Source: an uncultured Actinomycetes bacterium (GTDB lineage: Bacteria > Actinomycetota > Thermoleophilia > Gaiellales > JAICJC01). Taken from it: a DNA stretch of 64,000 nt. This document shows positions 19,572-27,223 of this stretch, piece by piece (within the stretch, counting starts at the first letter, position 1; each line of letters opens with the position of its first letter). The notes beneath the pieces were generated by a model. The model was given only the letters and a program-made list of their open reading frames with translations. It had not been told where the DNA came from and searched no databases. The position numbers were made by a program, and so were the translations under genes. The stretch lies in assembly GCA_963703275.1 (NCBI GenBank), contig OY969804.1:2963154-3027153 (forward strand). The letters are read 5' to 3'.

Positions 19572-19954
19572 GCGACATCCTCCTTTGCAGACTCGACCGC
19601 ATCCAGCGGCAGGGGCGGCCCTGCTGAGCGCAGCGCCTTGACACCCGTGGTCGTGACGATCGCGGCGATCGCGGCCGCCACCACCGCAACAATCAGCGCA
19701 GCGAGCCAAACGTCGACCACAAGCGCGAGAGCGGCTATGGCAGCCGTGACCAAGCACGAAACCACGATCAACGCAAGGAGCACACCCACGGCGACCATGC
19801 CTACCCCGCGCGCCATGGTCGACGCGCGCTCCGAAACTTCGGCCTTGGCGAGCATCACCTCACCGCGCACCAACGCCGAAATGTCCTGCGAGAGTTGCTT
19901 GGACAGATCGCCGAGGGAACGCTCTTTAACGGGGCGTGTGTCGGTCACAGTCAT
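19535..19954 (-). CDS. Holin-X (phage holin superfamily III-like) membrane protein
   Basis: SLGDLSKQLSQDISALVRGEVMLAKAEV followed by two TM helices, the pattern of the actinobacterial Holin-X family. Confidence 0.7.
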   Translation of the reverse strand: MTVTDTRPVKERSLGDLSKQLSQDISALVRGEVMLAKAEVSERASTMARGVGMVAVGVLLALIVVSCLVTAAIAALALVVDVWLAALIVAVVAAAIAAIVTTTGVKALRSAGPPLPLDAVESAKEDVAWVATHAKSAVR

Positions 19955-20023
19955 CGAATACCCACATCAACACCTGCTCAACCATTTCCGTGGAGTTGGC
20001 GGAGCCTACGAGGCGCGCTCCGA

Positions 20024-20599
20024 TCAGCGCGGCGCCGGGGCACGGTCCTGGTTGCTGTGCACCCCTTCCGCGAACTCCTCCACAATCTTCTGGCAGAAGG
20101 CGTCGAGGTCGTCGGGCTTGCGACTGGTGACCAGGCCGCGGTCCGTGACCACCTCCTGGTCGACCCACTTGGCACCGGCGTTGCGAAGGTCTGTGCGAAG
20201 GCTGGGCCAAGACGTGACTCGAACGTCGTCAACGACGTTCGCCTCGACGAGCATCCAGGGCCCATGGCAGATTGCTGCCACGGGCTTGGCCTGGTCGAAG
20301 AAGGATCGGACGAATCGCACGGCGTTGTCGTCCGTTCGAAGCGTGTCCGGGTTGATGACGCCTCCGGGCAGCACCAGTGCGTCGTAGGCGTTCGGGTCGG
20401 CGTCGTCCAAGGCGCGGTCGACGGGGAACTTGTCACCCCTGTCGTGGTGGTTGAACGCCTGAATTTCCCCTGGCTTCAATGACACCAACTCCGCGGCGCC
20501 GCCCGCTTGGCGCACCGCATCCAGCGGCCGCTCCAACTCGACCTGCTCGACCCCATCGGTCGCGAGAAACGCAATTTTCTTGCCGTCCAGCAGTGCCAT
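20024..20599 (-). CDS. DJ-1/PfpI family type 1 glutamine amidotransferase-like protein
   Basis: YDALVLPGG and nucleophile elbow AAICHGPW. ATG 20599 is preceded by AGGAGGA. Confidence 0.85.
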   Translation of the reverse strand: MALLDGKKIAFLATDGVEQVELERPLDAVRQAGGAAELVSLKPGEIQAFNHHDRGDKFPVDRALDDADPNAYDALVLPGGVINPDTLRTDDNAVRFVRSFFDQAKPVAAICHGPWMLVEANVVDDVRVTSWPSLRTDLRNAGAKWVDQEVVTDRGLVTSRKPDDLDAFCQKIVEEFAEGVHSNQDRAPAPR

Positions 20600-21127
20600 C
20601 CGTCTTCCTCCTTTGCGGGTGTCTGTGATCGAGTACCCGTGGTCGGGCGCCTCTACACCTGGTCGGAACTTTCCGGGTCGGCCGCGCCCGCCAGCTCCGC
20701 GGAAACCTCCCCGCAGGCGTTCGTCCACGCGCTCCTCCTCCTCTGTCCCTCAGCCGTCCGGCCGCCCCGTGTTGCCGTCCGCGAGCCGGCCCAAAATGAT
20801 GGTCATCGAAGTCCGGTGTGGGCGAGAACTGGTCCGCTGCGCATTCGTTGTCGACTGAAGGTTTCGGGTTCGCGCGAGGCCGGGTATCCACGGTTCCCAG
20901 GCGGCGCGTTCGTAACGCTTGGAGGTGGGGGGTGTTGTCTGCCTTGCGCTTGCTCTTGGGTACTGACACCGTTGGACCATTCGGGATCCTTCTGATGGCA
21001 GAGAAGGGCGAGATGGCGACGCCTTTACCGACGGCACCGGAAGCGGTTTGGTGCGCGCGGGAGGTTCGGTGGCTCAGCCTGCTCTCAGCGTCGGTCCGTG
21101 CGAGCGGAAGGGACGGGAGGTAGTTCG

Positions 21128-21520
21128 ATGGGATCCGAGTCGGAGGTGCGTCTGGGGGAGTGGCGGTTTGCTGCCACACCGGAGCATGTGCCACTGATTC
21201 GGCATCGCGTGGTACGACTCGTCGAGGGCCTCGGTGTCGATCGGGCCGCCGTCGCGCTCGCGGTGACAGAGGCGGTCGCCAACGCGGTTCGCCATGCCTA
21301 CCCCAGTGGGATTGGCGAGGTGCGGGTGCGGGTTTCCGCGGTCGACAACGGAGTTGTGGTATCGGTTGCCGACGACGGCATCGGCGTGCGCGGGTTCACC
21401 GCCAGCCGGAGCCCGGGCGACGGACTCGGGCTGGGGCTGATCAGAGCACTGGCGGACCGAGCGCGGATCGAGCCAGGCAGCAACGGCACGCTGGTCGAGA
21501 TGGTGTTCGAACGGTCGTAA
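21128..21520 (+). CDS. anti-sigma regulatory factor, RsbW/SpoIIAB-like Ser/Thr kinase (HATPase_c)
   Basis: N-box TEAVANAVRHAY, G1 ADDGIG, G2 GLGLGLI. GGGAGG lies 7 nt before ATG 21128. Confidence 0.75.
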   Translation: MGSESEVRLGEWRFAATPEHVPLIRHRVVRLVEGLGVDRAAVALAVTEAVANAVRHAYPSGIGEVRVRVSAVDNGVVVSVADDGIGVRGFTASRSPGDGLGLGLIRALADRARIEPGSNGTLVEMVFERS

Positions 21521-21692
21521 TCCGGTGGTCGGCGACGCCATTCCTGCTTGACGTTGCGCGCTGCGCGCTCGTAAACTCTGGGTGACTGGGGTGGATCGAC
21601 AGCTCACCATTTTGCGGACGGGAACGCGCCGTGACCGCGATCGGACGGTTCGGCGTCGGCTTCAATCGTGATGACCGTGGGAGGAGGGTGTC

Positions 21693-22055
21693 ATGCTCGA
21701 AAATCGGGTGGTCGTGGAGCAGTTCGGTTCGTCGGCGTGGCAGATCAGTCTCATCGGCGAGCATGACCTCTCGACTGTGCCGGAGGTTCAGAATGCGCTC
21801 GAACAGGTCTTCTCCAAGGGGACGACCATCGTCATCGACCTGTCTAGCACCACATTCATCGACTCCTCGATGATCAGATTGCTCATCGGTGCCCAGATGC
21901 GGGCGAACGCGAACCCCGCCGAAGAACTTGTACTCGTCGCAACGCCCGGCGCTCGAGCGGCCGATGTCATCGAGCTCGCGGGTGTTCGACCGGTGTTGCG
22001 CATGTACGACTCGCGTGAGGCCGCCGAGAACGCACTGACAGCCTCCTCAGCTTAG
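21693..22055 (+). CDS. STAS-domain anti-sigma factor antagonist (RsbV/SpoIIAA-like)
   Basis: 120 aa with the conserved phosphorylatable-serine context TTFIDSSMIRLL. Strong RBS GGGAGGAGGG. Confidence 0.85.
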   Translation: MLENRVVVEQFGSSAWQISLIGEHDLSTVPEVQNALEQVFSKGTTIVIDLSSTTFIDSSMIRLLIGAQMRANANPAEELVLVATPGARAADVIELAGVRPVLRMYDSREAAENALTASSA

Positions 22056-22133
22056 AGCGCAAGCTGCTCCGCTTGGCCGAGGTACTCGCCCAAGCGCGTC
22101 TGCAAGCCGGTCTCGCTCGCTTCGGCGTGTCGC

Positions 22134-22559
22134 GTGTATTCGTGGCGGCTCGGGGGTACCACGCCCGTGATGGCTCTTGACGCCGGTTTTGGGTTCAAGC
22201 TCACCAGTGAGCACGACAACGTCATCGTCGTGCGACGCGCGTTGCGCGCACTCTTGGGGCGCGCGGAGATCAGCGCCGAGCGTGTCTCAGACATCGTGCT
22301 CGCGACGACCGAGGTATGTACGAACGCTGTTCTGCATGCCTACCCTGAGCGCGAGGGAGTCTTCCAGATCGAAGCCCGGCTCACGCCCGAATGTGTGACC
22401 GTCATCGTCCGTGATCATGGGGGCAACTATGCCGCCGATCGTCGCCGCGGACTCGGTGTATCGCTGGTCGCGGCACTCGCCGACGCCATCGAGATCGATG
22501 CGATCGAGGGTATCGGCACCGAGGTCCGCATGACCTTCAGCCTACTCGACTCCGAATGA
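22134..22559 (+). CDS. second anti-sigma regulatory factor kinase (HATPase_c), divergent
   Basis: N-box TTEVCTNAVLHAY. G1 is degenerate (RDHGGN). G2 is GLGVSLV. Start uncertain, 22134 or ATG 22170. Confidence 0.7.
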   Translation: MYSWRLGGTTPVMALDAGFGFKLTSEHDNVIVVRRALRALLGRAEISAERVSDIVLATTEVCTNAVLHAYPEREGVFQIEARLTPECVTVIVRDHGGNYAADRRRGLGVSLVAALADAIEIDAIEGIGTEVRMTFSLLDSE

Positions 22560-22624
22560 GCTCCGATTCGTCCTGAGTCGGCGTTCGGGACGTGCGGGCG
22601 CTACTCGTTTCCGCCTTCGAGCGC

Positions 22625-22642
22625 AAGCCGTCGTTACGGCTT
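22625..22642 (+). terminator. small hairpin downstream of the partner-switching genes
   Basis: AAGCCGT-cgtt-ACGGCTT, a 7-bp stem with a 4-nt loop and no clear U tract. Confidence 0.3.
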
Positions 22643-22730
22643 GAATGCCGAAATGCACGAAGCCTGTACCTGCCATTCAACGGTCGGCCCAAGCGCATTC
22701 TGAGTCACCACAAATGGGCCCCGGGGTATC

Positions 22731-23084
22731 TCAGGCCAGGCTCTTGGTGCCGCGGACCCTCAAAGCGACGGCGCATGCGCTCGCTCCAAGCACGCCCACA
22801 CCAAGCACGACCTTGGCGACCCGCCGCCGTTTTGAGCGTGGATCGGTGCGATTTGCGATCGCTCGGATCGCGTCGGAGGTCGCTCGTAGGTCGGCGACCA
22901 CGCGTGGGTCCGACATAGCCTGAGCGTAACCAACTATCTGGGCTCGTCGGACGCCGTCCGACGCAGCCTCAGCCGCCCGTCGCGCATGCTCTTGCACCCG
23001 GGGATCCGAAACGAATCGGATAGCGCCTTCCCTCCATACCCGTGCGGACGACACCGTCTCGTTGATCTTCGAGGATCGTTTCAT
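22731..23084 (-). CDS. hypothetical C-terminally membrane-anchored protein
   Basis: 117 aa from ATG 23084, helical and charged, with C-terminal TM VVLGVGVLGASACAVAL. The longer ORF, extending to 23561, is antisense to the next gene. Confidence 0.4.
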   Translation of the reverse strand: MKRSSKINETVSSARVWREGAIRFVSDPRVQEHARRAAEAASDGVRRAQIVGYAQAMSDPRVVADLRATSDAIRAIANRTDPRSKRRRVAKVVLGVGVLGASACAVALRVRGTKSLA

Positions 23085-23316
23085 GTGTCCGTGGTTCCCC
23101 GATCGCCCGAACGCAAAACGCACGGACGCCGCGCGCCTCGCCGCCCGGCGTAATCGGTGAGAGCGCCACGACCCGGGGACGGGACGCCTCTCGGGTTTGG
23201 GATGACCGCCCGCGGGGCAACGGCACCAACGCGATGACGACCGCTTGATGTGCCGAGGTCCGAGCGAGGAGTGGCATGCAGACGGCGGACCCGTCCACAC
23301 GAACAAAGGAGTAGAC

Positions 23317-23808
23317 ATGGCAGATCTCACGAACCTCGAGACCAAGCTCGGTGAAGTCACCGGTCTGGCGATGGCCGCCCAGGCGGCGACCGAGAAGGTG
23401 CTCAAGCTGGCCAAGCAGGACGGCGAATCACAGCTCGAAGCCAAGCTCACGCAGATGCACGCCGAAGCCGCCGAGACCGAGAAGCGCTGCACACACCTGT
23501 CCGAGTCGTTCGAGGGCAAGAAGACCGCAATCCTCGAGGAGGCCCGGTCGACGAAGTCCAAGGGCGCGGAAATGATGAAGACCTACCTCGACGAGGAGTC
23601 AGATTCGCTGGACGGCTTCGAGTTCCTGACCATGGCCGAGGCCGGCGAGGTCGGCCACTGGTCAGTGCTCCAGGCCATGAACGGCGACAACCCTCAGGTG
23701 GCAGAGCTCGTGGGCTGGGCACTCCCGATCCAGCAGCGCCACCTCAGCGAGGTCATGGCGGCCTCGATCAATCTGGCCGCCGCCGAAGACCCCGACGAAG
23801 CAGCCTGA
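23317..23808 (+). CDS. ferritin-like / four-helix-bundle domain protein (tentative)
   Basis: 163 aa, helical. Motif LDGFEFLTMAEAGEVGHWSVL recalled from actinobacterial ferritin-like-domain proteins. RBS AAAGGAG. Confidence 0.55.
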   Translation: MADLTNLETKLGEVTGLAMAAQAATEKVLKLAKQDGESQLEAKLTQMHAEAAETEKRCTHLSESFEGKKTAILEEARSTKSKGAEMMKTYLDEESDSLDGFEFLTMAEAGEVGHWSVLQAMNGDNPQVAELVGWALPIQQRHLSEVMAASINLAAAEDPDEAA

Positions 23809-23816
23809 CGGCCGTC

Positions 23817-23861
23817 AGCCCAGTCAGGCCGCCTGCATTTACGAGCGGCCTGAACTGGGCT
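23817..23861 (+). terminator. strong stem-loop after the ferritin-like gene
   Basis: AGCCCAGTCAGGCCGC - 12-nt loop - GCGGCCTGAACTGGGCT. 16 bp with one bulge, 9 nt after the stop codon. Confidence 0.55.
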
Positions 23862-23962
23862 ATTCGGAACTTCATAGGCGAATCGCGAGGCATCGCGACA
23901 TCCCGATCGCGGTCTCCAGAACGAGGAACCCTCTTTGGGCGGACACGAAAGGAGCGATAGCA

Positions 23963-24112
23963 ATGCCGAGCAGCAACGGGCAGGACCACGCATCACGACC
24001 GACGGCCGACAGGCCCGCCAAGGCCCACCCGCCGCCCGCCCCCAAACAACAACAACCCACTTCACCCGAGAAGTCCAAAGACATCCACGGCGACCCCGAA
24101 ACACCTGTCTGA
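23963..24112 (+). CDS. 49-aa hydrophilic Pro/Gln-rich micro-protein (unlisted ORF)
   Basis: ATG is 8 nt after GAAAGGAG. Hand translation is MPSSNGQDHASRPTADRPAKAHPPPAPKQQQPTSPEKSKDIHGDPETPV. Falls below the ORF-track length cut-off. Confidence 0.3.
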   Translation: MPSSNGQDHASRPTADRPAKAHPPPAPKQQQPTSPEKSKDIHGDPETPV

Positions 24113-24246
24113 CGCCAAGCTCCCCTCGAGCCTAGGCGCGGTCGCGCGTGATCCACAGGATACGCCACGCCCTGGTTTGCGAAACACCGGGCCTGGGCAT
24201 TGTGTCCATCGCAAGCCTTGTTCTCCGCTGTTCAGAAGGGAGGGTC

Positions 24247-24330
24247 ATGCTAATCGAGATTCTCATCGTTCTCGCGATCATCGCGCTCGCGCTGTTCATC
24301 TGGCGCAGCGTCGCTGGGCGCGGCGTCTAG
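24247..24330 (+). CDS. 27-aa single-TM peptide (unlisted start inside ORF 24148-24330)
   Basis: GGGAGGG lies immediately upstream of ATG 24247. Peptide is MLIEILIVLAIIALALFIWRSVAGRGV. Confidence 0.3.
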   Translation: MLIEILIVLAIIALALFIWRSVAGRGV

Positions 24331-24377
24331 GCTGGCAGACGAACGTCCATCACTATCGCCGCCGGGCGGGATGCGCG

Positions 24378-24779
24378 TCACGTCCAGCCCGGCGTGCGTC
24401 CCGCTTGCTCGATCCACTTCTCCATCTCCGGTCGCTGTGCCTCCTCTAGGCTGGTTACCTTGATGTACCGGGTCCGGTCGGTCGTTCCGAGAGGGGGCGG
24501 GGACTCGAAGTCGGCGCCGCCGAGGAACACGACGTTCACGGAAACGTCGTAGGCGGCTATTTCAATGATCCACCCGAGTTCTGGTAGCCCGTAGTACGCC
24601 CTTCTCCACTTGACGGCGTGGTCAAGCCCCGGGACTGTCGCTCGGATCGACTCATCCAACCACTTGACGATGGGCTGCAGGTCCGGCATCACACGCCGGC
24701 ACCAATGATCGATGTCCGAGTGATTCGCCGAGGGCTCTGGGGGCTTCCGCCCAGCGTTCCCCTTGATCGCTTTCGGCAT
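24378..24779 (-). CDS. DUF1801 (YdhG-like) domain protein
   Basis: 133 aa. AVKWRRAYYGLPELGWIIEIAAYDVSVNVVFLGGADF fits the DUF1801 pattern. Confidence 0.65.
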   Translation of the reverse strand: MPKAIKGNAGRKPPEPSANHSDIDHWCRRVMPDLQPIVKWLDESIRATVPGLDHAVKWRRAYYGLPELGWIIEIAAYDVSVNVVFLGGADFESPPPLGTTDRTRYIKVTSLEEAQRPEMEKWIEQAGRTPGWT

Positions 24780-24861
24780 TCGCGTGTCCTCCCCGCTGGA
24801 TTCGCACCCTCGCCCCGTTTCGGTGTCCCCAACCGTTCAGCACTCGAGCCTGCCCGCTGCG

Positions 24862-25134
24862 CTACGACCCCACCCCGGCCGACCGCTCCATCCGCACGCG
24901 CGCGCGAATCACCAGGCGGGTGATCTCGCCGAGTTCGTCGCCTCGGCTCACATAGGTAGGAACCGAGAACGTCACCGTGTCACCATCGGGCCCTTCCACT
25001 GTGACGGTGATGGAGTCCCTTGCGGCGTCCGAGTCAAACGGAAGGTACTTCCAGCCCGGACAGCCGCCGACGTCGACCCGGCCTCGGCTGTCGTACGGAG
25101 AGGAATCGGCACGTACATCACGGCGATTCTTCAT
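24862..25134 (-). CDS. hypothetical protein
   Basis: 90 aa from ATG 25134 (MKNRRDV...). No recognisable motif. Codon pattern is plausible. Confidence 0.3.
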   Translation of the reverse strand: MKNRRDVRADSSPYDSRGRVDVGGCPGWKYLPFDSDAARDSITVTVEGPDGDTVTFSVPTYVSRGDELGEITRLVIRARVRMERSAGVGS

Positions 25135-25336
25135 GCGGGACAGAATACCCAAAATCCCACGCACGTAACCACGCCCGCGTCCTCGCGTAGGCGGGGGTCA
25201 GAGACTCGCTGGCCAGCGTCTCGGTGTGTGATTCCGAGGCGGCCGCCACGACCGACGCTGGCTGCGTGGGTCCGCGCCTCGTTCTTCGGCGAAAGGCGAC
25301 CGGGTACAGCTCAGCCGCGACACTAGAGCGGGGTAG

Positions 25337-25570
25337 CTACGAGACGACGGGCGGGCCTCCGGTGCGATCATCCACCACCGTAGCGCCACGGCGCGACGCG
25401 GTCGCGACCATGATGAGTGAGATCACAAGAGCCACAACGCCGGCGATCATCAGAATGTCCCCAATGATGTGCCAGTTGACGGTAATGCCTGCGAAGTGCC
25501 CCCGCAAGCTTACGCCGAAGCGCAGAATCGCACCGATCGCGATGAGAATTATCGATCCACCGATACCCAT
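25337..25570 (-). CDS. DUF6458-like small membrane protein
   Basis: MGIGGSIILIAIGAILRFGV ... WHIIGDILMIAGVVALVISLIM. Two TM helices, typical of the family. Confidence 0.65.
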   Translation of the reverse strand: MGIGGSIILIAIGAILRFGVSLRGHFAGITVNWHIIGDILMIAGVVALVISLIMVATASRRGATVVDDRTGGPPVVS

Positions 25571-25678
25571 GGTTTTTGCTCCCTTTCTCGTAAGTATGAG
25601 TCGTGTACCCGGCTCCCGGCCGGCGCAAACAGTCCCAAGACGCGGCGCGGCCTTTTGCTAGGGCCGCAAAGATTGCGA

Positions 25679-26347
25679 TTGAGTCGCGGCAGATTTGGGT
25701 ACGACACGCCTGTGAACCCGTTCCACACCTGGCGGATCCGCACGCTCGACGCGGTCGTGGCGATATGGACGTGCCTTTGGATCGGCCTTGGCGTGCTCGT
25801 TGCGCACGACTTACGTGAACTTACCCAGCTCTCCGCGACCATCGCCACCACCGGCCGGGCAATGCAATCGATCGTCGATGCGATCGCACCGCTCAAGTCG
25901 CTTCCGATTGTGGGCTCGACGATCACACCGCTCGCCACGACTGCGGCTTCCGAGGCCGCATCCGTGCGGGCCAGCGGACGGGTGAGCGCGCAGAGCGTCC
26001 GCCAGCTCTCGGTACTGCTCGGAATCGCCGTGGCCGTCGCCCCCGCCCTGCCCCTGCTCGTGCTCTACATCCCGCTGCGTGTCTCGCAGGAACGCGAGGC
26101 ACGTGCCTTCCGGCGCGCCCTCGCCGACGGCGCCTACGACCCCGTGTTCGAGGAGTTCCTCGCGCACAGGGCTGCACACAACCTGCCTTACCACAGGTTA
26201 CGAGAGATCACGACCAACCCCTGGCGAGAGATCCAGGACGGCCACTTCCGCCGCCTTGCCGACGCTGAGCTGAAACGCGTCGGCGTGCGGCGGCCACCCA
26301 CACCCGCACCTGCGCGTGACAGCACGCACGCGCACGAGCACTCCTAG
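25679..26347 (+). CDS. hypothetical membrane protein
   Basis: TM segments VVAIWTCLWIGLGVLVA and LLGIAVAVAPALPLLVLYI. Start uncertain, TTG 25679 or GTG 25712. Confidence 0.45.
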   Translation: MSRGRFGYDTPVNPFHTWRIRTLDAVVAIWTCLWIGLGVLVAHDLRELTQLSATIATTGRAMQSIVDAIAPLKSLPIVGSTITPLATTAASEAASVRASGRVSAQSVRQLSVLLGIAVAVAPALPLLVLYIPLRVSQEREARAFRRALADGAYDPVFEEFLAHRAAHNLPYHRLREITTNPWREIQDGHFRRLADAELKRVGVRRPPTPAPARDSTHAHEHS

Positions 26348-26395
26348 CTCCATGGGAGACGGGTCACTCAAACCAGACGAACGGAGACGGTCAGC

Positions 26396-27223
26396 ATGAG
26401 CGATGTCCAGGCATGGTCGGGTTCGGTGGGTCGCTCCCGTTTTCGGAGCACGGCGTTCGCGGCGCTGACACGGTTCGGATTTGTCGTCCGCGGTGTCATC
26501 TACGCCATCATTGGCGTGCTCGCCGGTCAGGTCGCCCTACACGCGCCCAGTAGTCCGAGCAATCAGCGCGGGGCGTTGGAGACGATCCAGAAGCAGCCGT
26601 TCGGGCATTGGCTGGTGATCGCGGTTGCGATCGGGCTGGGGGCATACGCCCTGTGGCAGTTTGTGCAGGCGGCGTTCGGGTATGGGCCCGAGGGAGGCGG
26701 AGACCCGTCGGTGATCGGACGGATCTCCGCAGCCGCGAGCGGGTGCGCGTATGCGGGCCTGTGTGCCCTGGCGGTGGCGATCGTCCTGGGCGCCTCGAGC
26801 CGGAGTTCGGGCAACCCGCACAAGTCGGCTGCGGGCGTCCTGGGATGGCCCGGCGGTCAGTGGCTCGTGGGTGCCGCCGGCGTCGTCCTTATAGGCGTGG
26901 CGCTGTTCCAGGGCTACAGGGGCGTGTCGAAGAAGTTTCTTGACCAGGACAAGACCGAGGAGATGCGCCCCGCCGTGAGACGCTGGTTCACCCGGCTCGG
27001 TGTCTTCGGCCATGTCGCTCGGATGGTCGCGTTCGGCCTTATTGGCCTGTTTGTCCTCAGGGCGGCGATCGACTACGCACCCTCCGACGCCGTGGGCCTC
27101 GACGGCGCGCTCAGCAGGGTTGCTCGACAGCCGTACGGGCCGTTTCTGCTCGTGGTCGTCGCTGCCGGGCTGTTCGCGTTCGGTATCTACTCGATCGCAG
27201 ACTCCCGGTACAGGCGAATCTAG
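26396..27223 (+). CDS. DUF1206 domain membrane protein
   Basis: Repeated units of the type FVVRGVIYAIIGVLAGQVAL ... GHWLVIAVAIGLGAYALWQF. Confidence 0.7.
   Translation: MSDVQAWSGSVGRSRFRSTAFAALTRFGFVVRGVIYAIIGVLAGQVALHAPSSPSNQRGALETIQKQPFGHWLVIAVAIGLGAYALWQFVQAAFGYGPEGGGDPSVIGRISAAASGCAYAGLCALAVAIVLGASSRSSGNPHKSAAGVLGWPGGQWLVGAAGVVLIGVALFQGYRGVSKKFLDQDKTEEMRPAVRRWFTRLGVFGHVARMVAFGLIGLFVLRAAIDYAPSDAVGLDGALSRVARQPYGPFLLVVVAAGLFAFGIYSIADSRYRRI

Noticed and set aside
19535-19954. A holin gene as evidence for a prophage.
   Set aside because: It belongs to the Holin-X-type family, which is found in chromosomal stress operons. There is no endolysin, terminase, capsid or tail gene anywhere in the window.
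20729-21127. The 400-bp gap between the DJ-1 gene and the first anti-sigma kinase as a small RNA or riboswitch.
   Set aside because: I could not recognise any known riboswitch core or stable conserved-looking structure by eye. The ORFs in it (20580-20858, 20818-21123 and others) are not protein-like. Left unannotated.
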